DNA from: Vicinamibacteria bacterium
Lineage (GTDB): Bacteria; Acidobacteriota; Vicinamibacteria; Marinacidobacterales; Marinacidobacteraceae
Length of the DNA: 64,000 nt
Direction: 5' to 3'
Assembly: GCA_965199715.1 (NCBI GenBank)
Contig: OZ241322.1
Location: 1,440,001 to 1,504,000, forward strand
The notes under the pieces were generated by a model. It made no database searches. It was not told the DNA's origin and saw nothing but the letters and a program-made list of their open reading frames with translations. Numbering within the stretch: position 1 is the first letter of the stretch; the number at the start of each line of letters is the position of its first letter. A program made the translations under genes and the position numbers. Shown here in pieces: positions 19,874-32,422 of this stretch.

Positions 19874-20764
19874 GTGAACTCCCGACCGCTCGTCATCGGC
19901 AATCCGGTCTCGGGTCGAAGAAGGGCGCGGGACGGATTCCGGCGCATCGCCGCCGCGCTCATGGAGCGGATCGGCGCGGCGGACGTACACTGGACCACCG
20001 GTCCGGGCGACGCGTTCAAGACCGCACGGGAGCAGGCGGGCGAACGTCCGCTGCTCGTCGCGCTCGGCGGCGACGGAACCGTCTCCGAAGTGGGCCGGGG
20101 CATCTCCGGGTCGGGGGCGGCGGCGGAGCTCGGCGTCCTGCCGTTCGGCACCGGCAACGACTTCGCCCGGGCCGTCGGCATCCGGGGGCGCAACGCGCTC
20201 AAGGCCGTGGCCGGGGCCGCGGTGCCCACCGATCTCGGCGTGGTCCGCTTCACCGATCAGCCTTCACGGCATTTCCTGAACAGCCTCTCGGTCGGGCTCG
20301 CCGCCGACGTCAACCGGCGCACCTACGGGCGGCGCAAGTTCGGCCGGAAGACGTACTTGATGGATGCGGTCCGGGAAGCGGTGGGCTATCGGGCGGCCAC
20401 GTTCCGGATCGGACTCGACGGCGAGGACCCCCGGCCGAGGACGCTCGTGAACGCGAGCTTCATGAACACCCGTTGCTTCGGCGGGGGTATCCCGATCACC
20501 CCCGGAGCGGACCCGGGCGACGGACGGCTCGATCTCGCGCTGGTCGGCACCCTGTCATTCGTCGGCTGGATGGATACCGTGCGGCGGCTCGCGTCCGGCA
20601 CCCACTTCGACCGCCGGGAGCTGGAGCGCCATCTCATCCGCCGTGCCTCGGTTCAGGGGACCGGGCGCATCGCGCTGGAAGTCGACGGCGAACTCGTCGA
20701 GACGAGCCGCCCGTTCGAAATCTCGGTCGCCCCCGCCGCGATCCAGGTGCGCCGACCGGCCTAG
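19874..20764 (+). CDS. Diacylglycerol/lipid kinase (YegS/DagK family)
   Basis: IGNPVSG, GGDGTVSEV, LPFGTGNDFAR, FGGG, DGRLD, VDGE. Confidence 0.9.
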   Translation: MNSRPLVIGNPVSGRRRARDGFRRIAAALMERIGAADVHWTTGPGDAFKTAREQAGERPLLVALGGDGTVSEVGRGISGSGAAAELGVLPFGTGNDFARAVGIRGRNALKAVAGAAVPTDLGVVRFTDQPSRHFLNSLSVGLAADVNRRTYGRRKFGRKTYLMDAVREAVGYRAATFRIGLDGEDPRPRTLVNASFMNTRCFGGGIPITPGADPGDGRLDLALVGTLSFVGWMDTVRRLASGTHFDRRELERHLIRRASVQGTGRIALEVDGELVETSRPFEISVAPAAIQVRRPA

Positions 20765-21747
20765 AGCCGTCGGTCCAGCCAGCGGATCGTGTCGTGGAGC
20801 GTGATGCGGCCCTCTCTCGGGTCGTGGCCGAGCTCCTGCGCCGCCTTGTTCGAGCGGAAGTACCAGTAGCACCCGGCCATCTCGCGGCTGATCCGGTCCA
20901 CGGCGGGCTCGCTTCCCATCTGGCGGGCGAGCTCCTCGGCGGCGACCGCGCCCGCCGTGTACAGCGGGCGAGGGAGGCGCAGCCGCGGCGGGGAGCGATC
21001 CGAAAGCTCGGCGAGGGCGGTGAAGAACTCCGCGAAGGTCCAGTTGGGACCGCCGAGCAGGTAGCGCTCGCGGTCCCGGCCCCGGTCCATGGCCGCCTTT
21101 ACGCTACTCGCCGCATCCCTCACGTCCACGAAGTTGAGGCCGCCCGGCGGACACACGCGGACCTGCCCGGAGAGGAAGCGCAGCACGTCGCCGGCCGAGG
21201 AGAGCCGGTCGTCGTCGGGACCGAGGAGCAGCGACGGGTTCACGATCACCCGCTCGAACGCCCCCGGGGCACCGAGCCAGAGCTGTTCCTGCAGCCACTT
21301 GCTCCGGTAGTAGGGCCAGCGCCCGATCAGCTCCACCGGAACCCGCGCCGTCTCGTCCCGATCCGGGTCCGGCCACTCGGTGACCGCGATCGTCCCGCTG
21401 GTGGAGACGAGGACGACCCGGCGGACGCCCGCCGTCGCCACGGCGGCCACGAGCCGCCGCGAGCCCTCGATATGTACGCGGTCCAGATCGGCCGCCGCGT
21501 CGGGATCCCGGGAGACCCGGCCGGCGAGGTGGAACACCCCGTCCATTCCGGCGACGGCGCGATCGAGAGCCTCGGGAGACTCCAGATCCCCGACCACGAC
21601 CTCGTAGCCCCGCTCCTCGAGCGCGGGATTCGGCTTCCGCGCCAGCACCCGCACCGGACCGGCGGCCGGATCCAGTTCGGCCAGCAGATGCCCACCCAGA
21701 AACCCGGTCGCCCCGGTCACGAGGACCGGCGGCCGCGAGCCGGTCAC
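20761..21747 (-). CDS. elbE: NAD-dependent epimerase/dehydratase (ElbE-like)
   Basis: VTGATGFLG, YYRSK, VNPSLLLGP, FVDVRD; GTGA-coupled directly after elbD. Confidence 0.75.
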   Translation of the reverse strand: MTGSRPPVLVTGATGFLGGHLLAELDPAAGPVRVLARKPNPALEERGYEVVVGDLESPEALDRAVAGMDGVFHLAGRVSRDPDAAADLDRVHIEGSRRLVAAVATAGVRRVVLVSTSGTIAVTEWPDPDRDETARVPVELIGRWPYYRSKWLQEQLWLGAPGAFERVIVNPSLLLGPDDDRLSSAGDVLRFLSGQVRVCPPGGLNFVDVRDAASSVKAAMDRGRDRERYLLGGPNWTFAEFFTALAELSDRSPPRLRLPRPLYTAGAVAAEELARQMGSEPAVDRISREMAGCYWYFRSNKAAQELGHDPREGRITLHDTIRWLDRRL

Positions 21748-24700
21748 CGGCCGGCGCCCCGGAGCCGCTGGACCTCCTCGTCCAACCGGATCGGCTCGTT
21801 GCGGCCGAGCCGCTCCACCACGGTCTGGACGAGCCGCGCCACCCGGTGTTCCGCCGCCGAGCCGGACCGCCCGTCCGCCAGCTCCCCGAGCAGCTCGGGA
21901 GACAGGAACGGCCCGATCCGCGCCGAGACCTTCCGGGCCTGAAGCGTCACCGCCCCCGGCGGGAACGCCCGCCACGTGTCCAAATGCACCGGCAGCACCC
22001 CGACGCCGCAGCGGAACGCAAGGTGCGCGAACCCCCGCCGGAAGGTCGCGATTTCGCCGCTGCGCGAACGGGTGCCCTCGGGGAAGATGAGGACGTTGTG
22101 CCCGGTCTCGAGGTATCGGGCGGCGGCGTCCAGCGAGTCGCGAAGCGATCCCCGGCGCTCCATCGGGACGAGGCTCGTGAAGTTCTCGAAGAACGTGCGC
22201 TTGATGCGGTTGTCGAAGAAGTAGTCGGCCGCCGCGAGAGTCACGAGGTTCGCCGCCGCGTCGCCGAGCGCCCGGCGGACGAGGCCGGTGTCGAGGTGCG
22301 ATCCGTGGTTCGCGGCCACGATGAAGTGGGTGTGCACCGGCACCGAGTTGCGCCCGGTGACCGAGGTGTCGAGAAGCTGTTCGTAGAGCCAGCGCTGCCC
22401 CTGCGCGAGCCCGGTACGGCCGAGCTGCTGGATGGCCGGCGGCACCCGGATCTCGTCCTCCTCGCGCCGCGCCCTCGGCCGCTTGGCCTTGCCTGCCCCG
22501 CGCAGCCCCGGCGGCAGTTCGGCGAGCGTGGCCATCCCGGCGAGCGTCTCCGCCGTGACCGCCTGCCCGAACTCGGCCTCGAGCGCCGCTGCCAACTCGT
22601 TGTACATCAGGCTGTCGAACCCGAGCTCGGCGAACGTGGAGTCCATCCGCACCTGCGACTCGGGGCGCTCGGCCACCCGCGCCACGATGCGGGTCAGCCG
22701 GTCGGCGCTGCCGGACTCCTTGCCGCGCTCGGCGGCCGCCTGCTTCCGGCGGTCGGCGAGCCAACGCGCCAGTTCGGCGCGGCGCACCTTGCGGGTGGCG
22801 GTGCGCGGCAGCGCCTCGTCCCGGAACTCGAACGTCTTGATTCGCTTGTGGATCGGGAGCGTGGCCCCGACCTCGCGGAAGTACGCCTCGATCCGCTCGG
22901 TCTCCACGCCGTCCTTCGGCACGACCACCGCCGCGACCTGTTCCGCAGTCCCGTCGGGCAGCCCGAGGACGGCCATTTCCTCGATGAGGTCGGCGGCCGC
23001 GTGGATGTCCTCGATTTCCTCGGGATAGACGTTTTTCCCGCCGCTGTCCACGATGACTTCCTTGCGGCGCCCGACGAGGAACAGATGCCCGTTCTCGTCG
23101 AGGCGGCCGAGGTCGCCGGTGGCGAGCCATCCGTCCGGAGTCAGCGCCTCGGCGGTGGCCTCCGGGTTCTTGTAGTACCCGGCCATGATGTTCGAGCCCC
23201 GCGCCATGACCTCGCCGACTCCCGAGGCGTCCTTGTCGCGGATCTTCAGCGAGATTCCGGGCAGCGCGGTTCCGGCGCTCCCGAGCGGGACGCGGCCGTT
23301 CGGCGCGGTCACCGTCAGCACCGGAGCGGCCTCGGTGAGCCCGTAGCCCTGCGCAAGCTGGAACCCGAGCCCCCGGAACGTCTTCCACGTGGCCTCCGAG
23401 ATCGCCGACGCGCCGCTGATGAGATGGCGGAGCCGTCCGCCGAACGCCGTATGGACCGGCAGGAAGATCGCCGGGCCGAGGTTCACCCCAGTGTCGTCCC
23501 GCAGCAGGTACAGCGCGTCGATGAGCGCGACCATCAGATCCTCGGCGCGGGAGGAGCGCTCCCGGAACGGCGCAAGGATGCGCCGGCGCAGCAGGTCCCA
23601 GAGCGCCGGCACCCCGACCATGCAGGTGGTGTGGCCCTTCTTGAGCTCCCGGGTGAGGCTCTCCGGCGACAGTTCGTCGAGATAGGCGATCTGGGCGCCC
23701 CGGGAGAGCGGGAGCAGGAATCCGGCGGTGAACTCGAACGAGTGGTGCAGCGGGAGCACGCTCAGCGCCCCGTCCTCGTCGCCGATGTCGTACACGCTCA
23801 GCAGCTTGGCGACGAGGCTCGTGAAGTTCCGGTGGGTGAGCATCACCCCCTTCGGGGCCCCGGTGGTCCCCGAGGTGAACAGGATCGACGCGACCGAACT
23901 TCCCTTCGCCGGCTCCGGGAGCGCGGCGATCCGCTCCGCCTCCTCGACCTCGTCGCCGACCGCGAAGATTTCCGAGAACCGGTGCGCCGGAATCTCGATC
24001 CCGTCGGCGAATCGCGTGCGGCTTTCGAGCAGCGAGTCCCCGACGAGAAGCGCCTTCGCGTCGCCCGCCGCCAGCAGGCCGGGCGCCTCGGACGCGCGCA
24101 GGTCGCGCTCCAGCGGGATCGCCACCGCGCCGATCCGCTGGATCGCGAACCACGCCATCCCCCACTCGGGGGCGTTGTCGCCGATGAGCGCCACGTGGTC
24201 GCCGGGTCCGAGGCCGCGCCCGGCGAGGAACGCCGCGCCGCGGAGGACGCATTCCCGGAAGTCGGCGTAGGTGTAGCGCTCCTCCCGGCCGTTCCGGGTG
24301 ATCCGCATGGCCACCCGCCCGGCGTGGTTGCGGGTGCAGGCGTCGAAGAGCTCGTTCAGCGAGCGGTAGGCGTACACCCGCTTCGGGCGCGCCCGGTCCT
24401 GCTCGTCGAGCGTCGGGAAGACCCACCGCTGGAGGCCGGGAAGGTGGACGTGGAGCCAGTAGTCGTACCAGTCCAGCTCCTGCGGGGCGAAGTGCAGCTT
24501 GCCCTCGTGCCCTTCCAGGCGAGAGAACAGGTCGTGGGTGTTGTCGGCGCGGAAGATGAACTTCTCGCCGGCGATGAACGGCTTGAAGGTGCGGTAGTGC
24601 CGCTCGCTCTCCTCGACGAAGCGGTCGAGGTCGCGCACCCGGCGCTGGACGTCGCGCACCGCGCCGCCGAGCGGGCCGAGCGGTTTCTCCCCGGCCTCGT

Positions 24701-26042
24701 CGAGAAAGCCGCCCAGCTCGGAGGTCGCCTTGCGGATCCAGTCGAGCGCGTGCTTCTCGAAGGTCTCCGCCGAGATCGCCTGCGCCTCCATCCGCCCGAG
24801 GATCTCGTTCCACGCCTTGGGGCCGGTGGGACGCTCCTGGAAGTACTGGCGCTTGTAGAGGCCCACGAGGTCCACGATCCGCCCGATCCGCGCCGGGTTC
24901 CGGTCCCCGCTCGAGACCTGATAGACCATGCGCGGCTCGCCGACGAGCGCCTCGGCGGCGACGGCGAGCGTGGCGGAAGCGACCATGTCCACCGGGACCA
25001 CGTCGAGGACCAGCTCGGTGTCCACCGGGAAGACGTTCTGCCCGCGCAGCGCCATCCGCACGAGCGGCGCGCTCGTCGTGAACCCCTCGTTCCAGCCGGG
25101 CTCGGGGAAGCTGAGGGCGCTCTCCACGATGGCCGGGCGCACGATCGACCGCACGATCCCGTCGGCTCCGGCCACCAACTGGTCGCCGAGGCTCTTGGTA
25201 TAGGTGTAGATGTTCGGCCAGCCCCAACCCTCGGCCTTCTCGATCCCGAGATCCCGCAGCCGGCGGCGGATCCACTCCTTCCGCTCGGTGGCGATGGCGA
25301 TCTTGAGCGCCCTCGCGTCGCTCGGGTCGCGACCCTCGTCGCGGAAGCGGGTGCGGGCGGCCTCGACGAAGGCGTCGTGGCGCGACTTGTCCTGCGCCTC
25401 GTCGCGGACCCGCGCCGCAAGTCGTTCGCAGTCCGAGATCTCGAGATCGACCCGGAACTCCTGGTCCTCCCGGTCGCGGCGGGGGAAATAGCCGATCAGC
25501 GGCTCGTCCTCGCGGATCTCCCCGGCGCGGTTGCCGGCGACGAAGCAGGTGCTCGTGTGGATGAGCGCCGGGCGCTTCATCCGCCGGGCGAAGGCGATCA
25601 CGTTCCGGGTCCCGTGGACGTTCGTGGAGAGCGCGGCCTCGAGCGGCGGGTTGAAGGTCACCCGCCCCGAGCAGTTCAGGACGAGGTCGATGTCGGCGGC
25701 GACCGCTCCGGCCTCATCGTCGGAGTAGCCGAGGTTCTCAAGCGTGATGTCCCCGCCGAGCACCACGACCTTCTCCTCCAGAAACGCCTCCAGCCGGTCG
25801 CCCTGCGCGTCCCGGAGCGGCTGGAGCGCGGGAGAGTTCCCGACGATGTCGGCGAAGCGGGCCCTGCTCTCGGCCAGGCCCGGAGCCCGGACCATCACGT
25901 AGATTCGCCGCACCTGCGGGAAGTGCTTGAGCAGCATCCCGAGGCAGACTTTGCCGAGGAAGCCGGTGCTCCCGAGCAGGAGGATCCCCTTGCCGGCGAA
26001 CGCGTCGCCGACGGGAACGCGCGACGGGGGGGCTTCGGCCAC
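21744..26042 (-). CDS. elbD: Multidomain ether-lipid synthase ElbD-like: fatty acyl reductase - adenylation (acyl-CoA synthetase) - carrier protein - PlsC-type acyltransferase
   Basis: FAR: GSTGFLGK, WPNIYTYTK, SIVRPAIVES; A domain: FTSGTTGAPKG, GYGLTE, TGDLG, GKNVYPEEIE; carrier: LGFDSL; acyltransferase: NHGSHLD, FPEGTRS; start GTG 26042 or CTG 26051. Confidence 0.9.
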   Translation of the reverse strand: MAEAPPSRVPVGDAFAGKGILLLGSTGFLGKVCLGMLLKHFPQVRRIYVMVRAPGLAESRARFADIVGNSPALQPLRDAQGDRLEAFLEEKVVVLGGDITLENLGYSDDEAGAVAADIDLVLNCSGRVTFNPPLEAALSTNVHGTRNVIAFARRMKRPALIHTSTCFVAGNRAGEIREDEPLIGYFPRRDREDQEFRVDLEISDCERLAARVRDEAQDKSRHDAFVEAARTRFRDEGRDPSDARALKIAIATERKEWIRRRLRDLGIEKAEGWGWPNIYTYTKSLGDQLVAGADGIVRSIVRPAIVESALSFPEPGWNEGFTTSAPLVRMALRGQNVFPVDTELVLDVVPVDMVASATLAVAAEALVGEPRMVYQVSSGDRNPARIGRIVDLVGLYKRQYFQERPTGPKAWNEILGRMEAQAISAETFEKHALDWIRKATSELGGFLDEAGEKPLGPLGGAVRDVQRRVRDLDRFVEESERHYRTFKPFIAGEKFIFRADNTHDLFSRLEGHEGKLHFAPQELDWYDYWLHVHLPGLQRWVFPTLDEQDRARPKRVYAYRSLNELFDACTRNHAGRVAMRITRNGREERYTYADFRECVLRGAAFLAGRGLGPGDHVALIGDNAPEWGMAWFAIQRIGAVAIPLERDLRASEAPGLLAAGDAKALLVGDSLLESRTRFADGIEIPAHRFSEIFAVGDEVEEAERIAALPEPAKGSSVASILFTSGTTGAPKGVMLTHRNFTSLVAKLLSVYDIGDEDGALSVLPLHHSFEFTAGFLLPLSRGAQIAYLDELSPESLTRELKKGHTTCMVGVPALWDLLRRRILAPFRERSSRAEDLMVALIDALYLLRDDTGVNLGPAIFLPVHTAFGGRLRHLISGASAISEATWKTFRGLGFQLAQGYGLTEAAPVLTVTAPNGRVPLGSAGTALPGISLKIRDKDASGVGEVMARGSNIMAGYYKNPEATAEALTPDGWLATGDLGRLDENGHLFLVGRRKEVIVDSGGKNVYPEEIEDIHAAADLIEEMAVLGLPDGTAEQVAAVVVPKDGVETERIEAYFREVGATLPIHKRIKTFEFRDEALPRTATRKVRRAELARWLADRRKQAAAERGKESGSADRLTRIVARVAERPESQVRMDSTFAELGFDSLMYNELAAALEAEFGQAVTAETLAGMATLAELPPGLRGAGKAKRPRARREEDEIRVPPAIQQLGRTGLAQGQRWLYEQLLDTSVTGRNSVPVHTHFIVAANHGSHLDTGLVRRALGDAAANLVTLAAADYFFDNRIKRTFFENFTSLVPMERRGSLRDSLDAAARYLETGHNVLIFPEGTRSRSGEIATFRRGFAHLAFRCGVGVLPVHLDTWRAFPPGAVTLQARKVSARIGPFLSPELLGELADGRSGSAAEHRVARLVQTVVERLGRNEPIRLDEEVQRLRGAGR

Positions 26043-26047
26043 CTCGC

Positions 26048-27646
<1,599 letters not shown>

Positions 27647-27655
27647 CGGCGGGTC

Positions 27656-28357
27656 TCAGGCGGCGTGCGGATCGACGCGGTTCAGGTCCACGACCGGCCA
27701 GTCGTGGCGGCGGGCGGTGGCGCGGAGGCGAGCGTCCGGATTCGCGGCGGTGGGGTGGCCGACCACGCTGAGCATCGGCAGGTCGGACATGCTGTCGGCG
27801 TACGCGAAGCTGTCGTTCAGCGAAAGCCCCTCGCGCTCGGCGAACTCGCGGATCCAGAGCGCCTTGCTGGCGCTCGCCATGACCGGCGGGGAGAGCCGTC
27901 CGGTGGCGCGGCCGTTCTGGATCTCCAGCTTGTTCGCCGCGTATTCGGTGAGGCCGAGCTCGTCCAGCAGCGGCAGGATCGAGACCTCGAGCGCGCCGGT
28001 GACGACGACCTGGCGCAGGCCCCGGCGGCGCGACTGCTCGATGAGCGCCCGGGTGCCCGGGAAGATCGCCGGGCGGATCACCTTCTCGAAGAGTTCCTTC
28101 GAAAGATACCGCAGGCGGTCGTGCGACTGGCCCCGGTACCACTTGAAGAACAGGTCGTTGAAGACCTTGCGGCTGTAGAGGTCGGTCGCGACGAACAGCG
28201 GCAGCCCGGCGAGGGTCGCCCCGACGCTGCGCAGGCTGCGCAGCAGGCCCTGGTCGTTTCTCGCGTAGAAGGCGAGCACGTGCACCAGGTTGGTGCGGAT
28301 CAGCGTCCCGTCGAGGTCGTAGAACGCGGCCGCCTCGCGCCCCCGGCCGGCGCTCAC
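27656..28357 (-). CDS. elbB: HAD-IB family hydrolase/phosphatase, ElbB-like
   Basis: AFYDLDGTL, VVTGA, YADSMSDLPMLSVVGHPTAANPD. Confidence 0.8.
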   Translation of the reverse strand: MSAGRGREAAAFYDLDGTLIRTNLVHVLAFYARNDQGLLRSLRSVGATLAGLPLFVATDLYSRKVFNDLFFKWYRGQSHDRLRYLSKELFEKVIRPAIFPGTRALIEQSRRRGLRQVVVTGALEVSILPLLDELGLTEYAANKLEIQNGRATGRLSPPVMASASKALWIREFAEREGLSLNDSFAYADSMSDLPMLSVVGHPTAANPDARLRATARRHDWPVVDLNRVDPHAA

Positions 28358-28503
28358 CAGCCCGCTCCGGGAGGATTCAGAAACATGGAGGGCGCAAGAA
28401 AGTATCCCGGAAACCGGCGGAAGGGTACTCCGGCGGCCTCGTTGCTACCATCCGCGCTTCCTTCGGCCGGTCGTCGGCCTCACGCCGGAAAAGGACGGGC
28501 CCA

Positions 28504-29535
28504 TTGATCCACCTCGCGCGGCCCGCCGGCGCTTCGGTGCGCCCGGTGACCATCGCCTCGGTCGGGCGCTACCTGCCCGAGGGAAGGCTCACGAACGCCG
28601 ACCTGGAGCGGATGGTCGAGACCTCCGACGACTGGATCGTCGAGCGGACCGGGATCCGGGAGCGGCGGGTCGTTCCGAAGGGGACCGGGTGCTCGTTCCT
28701 CGCCGCCCGGGCGGCCGAGGACGCGCTCGCCCGGCGCGGCGTCGGCGCCCACGAGGTCGATCTGATCCTCGTGGCCACGGTCACCCCGGACATGTTCTTC
28801 CCGTCCACCGCGTGCCTCGTCCAGGACGACATCGGGGCGAGCCGGGCGTGGGGTTTCGACGTCTCCGCCGCGTGCAGCGGGTTCCTCTTCGCGCTCTCGA
28901 CCGCCTGCCAGCAGGTCGCCTCGGGCAGCGCGAACCGGGCGCTCGTGATCGGCTCGGACGTGATGAGCTCGATCACGAACTACGAGGACCGGACGACGTG
29001 CATCCTCTTCGGCGACGCCGCGGGCGCGGTGCTGCTCGAGCCGGCCGAAGACGGCGAGGGGTTCCTCGGCTTCAACAACCTCGTGGACGGCTCGGGCCGG
29101 GATCTCCTCCACATGCCCGCCGGAGGAAGCCGCCGGCCCTCGACCCGGGAGACGGTCGAGGCGCGGGAGCACTACCTGCGGCAGGAGGGCCGGCAGGTCT
29201 TCCGCTTCGCCGTGCGCCAGTCGGCCGAAGCCGCCGAGGCGCTCCTGAAGGCGACCGGGCTCACCAGGGACGACGTGTCGCTGCTCGTGATGCATCAGGC
29301 CAACGCGCGGATCATCGACGCGATCTCGAGGCGGCTCGGGCTCGCTCCGGAGCGGGTCGTGAAGACGGTGCACAAGCTCGGCAACACCACGGCGGCCTCG
29401 ATTCCGACCGCGCTGCGCGACGCGATCGAGGAAGACCGCCTTTCGCCGGGCGACATGATCCTCTTCAGCGCGATGGGGGCCGGCCTCACCGTCGGAACCG
29501 GCCTGATGCGCTGGGGCGGCGAGCGCTCGGGCTGA
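28504..29535 (+). CDS. fabH: 3-oxoacyl-ACP synthase III
   Basis: [39 protein letters not shown]. Confidence 0.93.
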   Translation: MIHLARPAGASVRPVTIASVGRYLPEGRLTNADLERMVETSDDWIVERTGIRERRVVPKGTGCSFLAARAAEDALARRGVGAHEVDLILVATVTPDMFFPSTACLVQDDIGASRAWGFDVSAACSGFLFALSTACQQVASGSANRALVIGSDVMSSITNYEDRTTCILFGDAAGAVLLEPAEDGEGFLGFNNLVDGSGRDLLHMPAGGSRRPSTRETVEAREHYLRQEGRQVFRFAVRQSAEAAEALLKATGLTRDDVSLLVMHQANARIIDAISRRLGLAPERVVKTVHKLGNTTAASIPTALRDAIEEDRLSPGDMILFSAMGAGLTVGTGLMRWGGERSG

Positions 29536-29536
29536 C

Positions 29537-31555
29537 ATGGTTCCCGGGAACCTCCTCGGGGACGAGACCAGCCCCTACCTGCTCCAGCACCGGGACAACC
29601 CGGTCCACTGGCGGCCGTGGGGCGACGCGGCCTTCGCCGAGGCCCGCGGGCGCGACGCGCCGGTGATGCTCTCGATCGGCTATTCGAGCTGCCACTGGTG
29701 CCACGTCATGGCTCACGAGTCCTTCGCGAGCGACGCGGTGGCCGCGATCCTCAACGAGCGGTTCGTCTCGGTGAAGGTGGACCGGGAGGAACGGCCCGAC
29801 GTGGACGAGATCTACATGGGCTTCGTGCAGGCGACCACCGGATCGGGCGGCTGGCCGCTGACCGCGTTCCTCGCCCCCGACCGGACGCCCTTCTTCGGCG
29901 GCACCTACTTCCCCCCCGACGACCAGTGGGGGCGGCCCGGCTTCCGGCGGGTGCTCCTCGCCGTGTCGGCCACGTGGCGGGACCCGGCGCGCCGGGCGGC
30001 CCTGCTGCGGAAGGGGGAGGGGCTGCTGGAGCGGCAGCGCCAGATGGCCGCGGTCCCCGGGTCTCCCGAGGCGATCGTCACCTCGGAGCCGGTCGAACGC
30101 GGCGTCCGGCAGTTGCTCGGCAACCACGACGCCCGCCACGGGGGATTCGGGCCGGCGCCCAAGTTCCCGCCGAGCCGACAGATCACCCTGCTGTTGCGCT
30201 CGGGGAATCCCGACGCGCTGGAGCCGGCGCTCGGGACGCTGCGGGCGATGGCGAACGGCGGCCTCCGCGACCAGATCGGCGGCGGCTTCCACCGCTACTC
30301 CACCGACGCCGAGTGGCTCGTCCCCCATTTCGAGAAGATGCTCTATGACAACGCGCTTCTCGTGCCGGTCTATGCGGCGGCGCACCGGATCCGGCCGGAG
30401 CCGCTCTTCGAGGAGGTCATCCGCAGCACGATCGGGTGGGCCGAGCGCGAGATGCGCGCTCCGGAAGGCGGCTGGCGGTCGGCGCTCGACGCCGATTCCG
30501 AGGGCGAGGAGGGCCGCTTCTACGTCTGGCGGCGCGCGGAGATCGACGCGCTCCTCGGCGAGGACGCGGAGCTCGCGGCCGCCGCCTGGGACGTCCGGCC
30601 CGAGGGCAATTGGGAAGGGCGGACCGTGCTCCGGCGCGTGCGTTCCGACATGGACGCCTCCCGCCTCGAGCGCGCCCGCGCGATCCTGCTGGCGGCGCGG
30701 GAGGAGCGCGAGCGGCCCGGTCTCGACGGGAAGGTCCTGCTCGGGTGGAACGCGCTTTGGATCAGCGCCCTCGCCCGGGCGCACCGGGCGCTCGGCGAAA
30801 CGGCCTGGATGCGCCTCGCGCAGGAGACCGGGCGCTTCGCGCTCGACCGGATGCGCTCCGGCGGGCGGTATCTGGCGGTCTGGGACGGGGTCCGGGCGCG
30901 GATTCCGGCGATGCTCGGCGACCACGCCTTTCTGCTGCGGGCGCTCATCGATCTCTACCGGAGCGATTTCGACGAGACGTGGCTCGCGGCCGCCGACGAG
31001 GTCGCGGACCTTCTGGCCGAGCGCTTCCGGTCGGCGGCCGGCGGGTTCCACACGGTGGCCGACGACCACGAGCCGCTGCCGGTGCGCACCCGCAACGGCT
31101 TCGACGGCGCGCTCCCCTCGGGGAACGCGGTCGCGGCGGAGTCCCTGCTGCGTCTTTCGGAGCTCACCGGCGCGCCGGAGCGCCGGCGGCTGGCGCGGGA
31201 AGTCATCACCGCCTTCCTCCCTCAACTGGCGGAGGCGCCGGCCGGCTTTCCGACGATGCTGACCGCGATCCTCGGATACCTGCGGGAGCCGGAGCAGCTC
31301 GTGGTCGTCGGGGAACCCGGCGACGCGCTGCGCGCGCTCTGGCGCGAGGCGGACGGGCTGGTCCTGCTCGCCGGTCCCGACGCCGCGTCGAGCGCGCTGC
31401 CGGCGCTGCGGGCGGCCGCTCAGGCGGCCGGCGACGGGCCGGCGTTCCTGCCCTGCCGGGGCGGGGTCTGCTCGTTGCCGCTGCGAAGTCTCGACGACGC
31501 CCGCCGCTGGCTCAGGGAGAGTTCTGGTTCCCCTGCGAGCGCATGTGGGCGATGA
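29537..31555 (+). CDS. Thioredoxin-domain/DUF255 protein (YyaL-like)
   Basis: [52 protein letters not shown]. Confidence 0.9.
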   Translation: MVPGNLLGDETSPYLLQHRDNPVHWRPWGDAAFAEARGRDAPVMLSIGYSSCHWCHVMAHESFASDAVAAILNERFVSVKVDREERPDVDEIYMGFVQATTGSGGWPLTAFLAPDRTPFFGGTYFPPDDQWGRPGFRRVLLAVSATWRDPARRAALLRKGEGLLERQRQMAAVPGSPEAIVTSEPVERGVRQLLGNHDARHGGFGPAPKFPPSRQITLLLRSGNPDALEPALGTLRAMANGGLRDQIGGGFHRYSTDAEWLVPHFEKMLYDNALLVPVYAAAHRIRPEPLFEEVIRSTIGWAEREMRAPEGGWRSALDADSEGEEGRFYVWRRAEIDALLGEDAELAAAAWDVRPEGNWEGRTVLRRVRSDMDASRLERARAILLAAREERERPGLDGKVLLGWNALWISALARAHRALGETAWMRLAQETGRFALDRMRSGGRYLAVWDGVRARIPAMLGDHAFLLRALIDLYRSDFDETWLAAADEVADLLAERFRSAAGGFHTVADDHEPLPVRTRNGFDGALPSGNAVAAESLLRLSELTGAPERRRLAREVITAFLPQLAEAPAGFPTMLTAILGYLREPEQLVVVGEPGDALRALWREADGLVLLAGPDAASSALPALRAAAQAAGDGPAFLPCRGGVCSLPLRSLDDARRWLRESSGSPASACGR

Positions 31556-31970
31556 GGTAGCCGAGCGAGACCAGTTCGAGCGCCACGCCGGCGCCCACGA
31601 GCGCCTTGGTGGGCGTGTCCCACGGCTGCCGGTTCCCATCCTGGTCCCAGCACTTGTTGTAGCCCTCGATTTCGAGCCCGGCCACGTTGTTGTTCTGGCC
31701 CTGGTTCCGACACGGGACCCACCGCCAGAGCGCGGCCCCCACGAAGGCGGCCAGCCCGCTGATCCCGAAGGCGAGCGCGCTGCGGCGCTTGTCGTCGTCC
31801 CCGATCAGGCCGGTCGTGATGTCGGCGGTGTTCTGCGCCCGGAACGCGCCGCTCGCGGCCGCGACCTCGGCCGCTTCCAGCAGCGAGACCCCGCTGGTCG
31901 CCGCCGCCCCCGCATGGAGGGGGGCGGCGAACACGCCGTAAATCAGAAGAACCGCGACGGCTCGCTTCAT
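31512..31970 (-). CDS. Hypothetical exported/membrane protein, paralog copy B
   Basis: Signal peptide, two hydrophobic segments, two Cys; clear paralog of 31967-32422. Confidence 0.75.
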   Translation of the reverse strand: MKRAVAVLLIYGVFAAPLHAGAAATSGVSLLEAAEVAAASGAFRAQNTADITTGLIGDDDKRRSALAFGISGLAAFVGAALWRWVPCRNQGQNNNVAGLEIEGYNKCWDQDGNRQPWDTPTKALVGAGVALELVSLGYLIAHMRSQGNQNSP

Positions 31971-32422
31971 GGTGAGGAACTCCCTTGCGACCCGCCGCCC
32001 CGAAGGTGCCGCATCAGGTAGAAGAGGGACACGAACTCGAGTGCGATTCCGGCGCCCAGGAGCGCCTTGGTCGGCGGCTCGAAGGGCTTCCGGCTGCCGT
32101 CGGGCTCGTAGCACTTGGAGAACTTGGCGGCCTCGGTGGCGTTCTTCGTCGGCCCCTCGACCACGTTGCGGCACGGCAGCCAGCGCCAGAGCGCCGCTCC
32201 GGCGAACGCCATCGCGCCGCTGAGCCCGTAGGCGATGGCGCTGCGCCGGTCGTCGTCGTCGCGGATCAGGCCGGTCGTGATGTCGCTCGTGTTCTGCGCC
32301 CGGAACGCGCCGCTGCGGGCCGCCGCCTCCGCCGCCTCCCGCAGCGAGGGCCCCGAAGCGGCGACCGGTGCGGGGAGGAAGCTCCCGACGAGCGCCGCCG
32401 CCAGAAACCGCTTCCCGAACAT
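31967..32422 (-). CDS. Hypothetical exported/membrane protein, paralog copy A
   Basis: Shares [26 protein letters not shown]...GAALWRWxPCRN...KC...PTKALxGAGxALE with the adjacent gene. Confidence 0.75.
   Translation of the reverse strand: MFGKRFLAAALVGSFLPAPVAASGPSLREAAEAAARSGAFRAQNTSDITTGLIRDDDDRRSAIAYGLSGAMAFAGAALWRWLPCRNVVEGPTKNATEAAKFSKCYEPDGSRKPFEPPTKALLGAGIALEFVSLFYLMRHLRGGGSQGSSSP

Noticed and set aside
21744-26042. NRPS or carboxylic acid reductase secondary-metabolite gene
   Set aside because: No condensation or thioesterase domain; the N-terminal FAR, C-terminal PlsC and flanking genes match ElbD.
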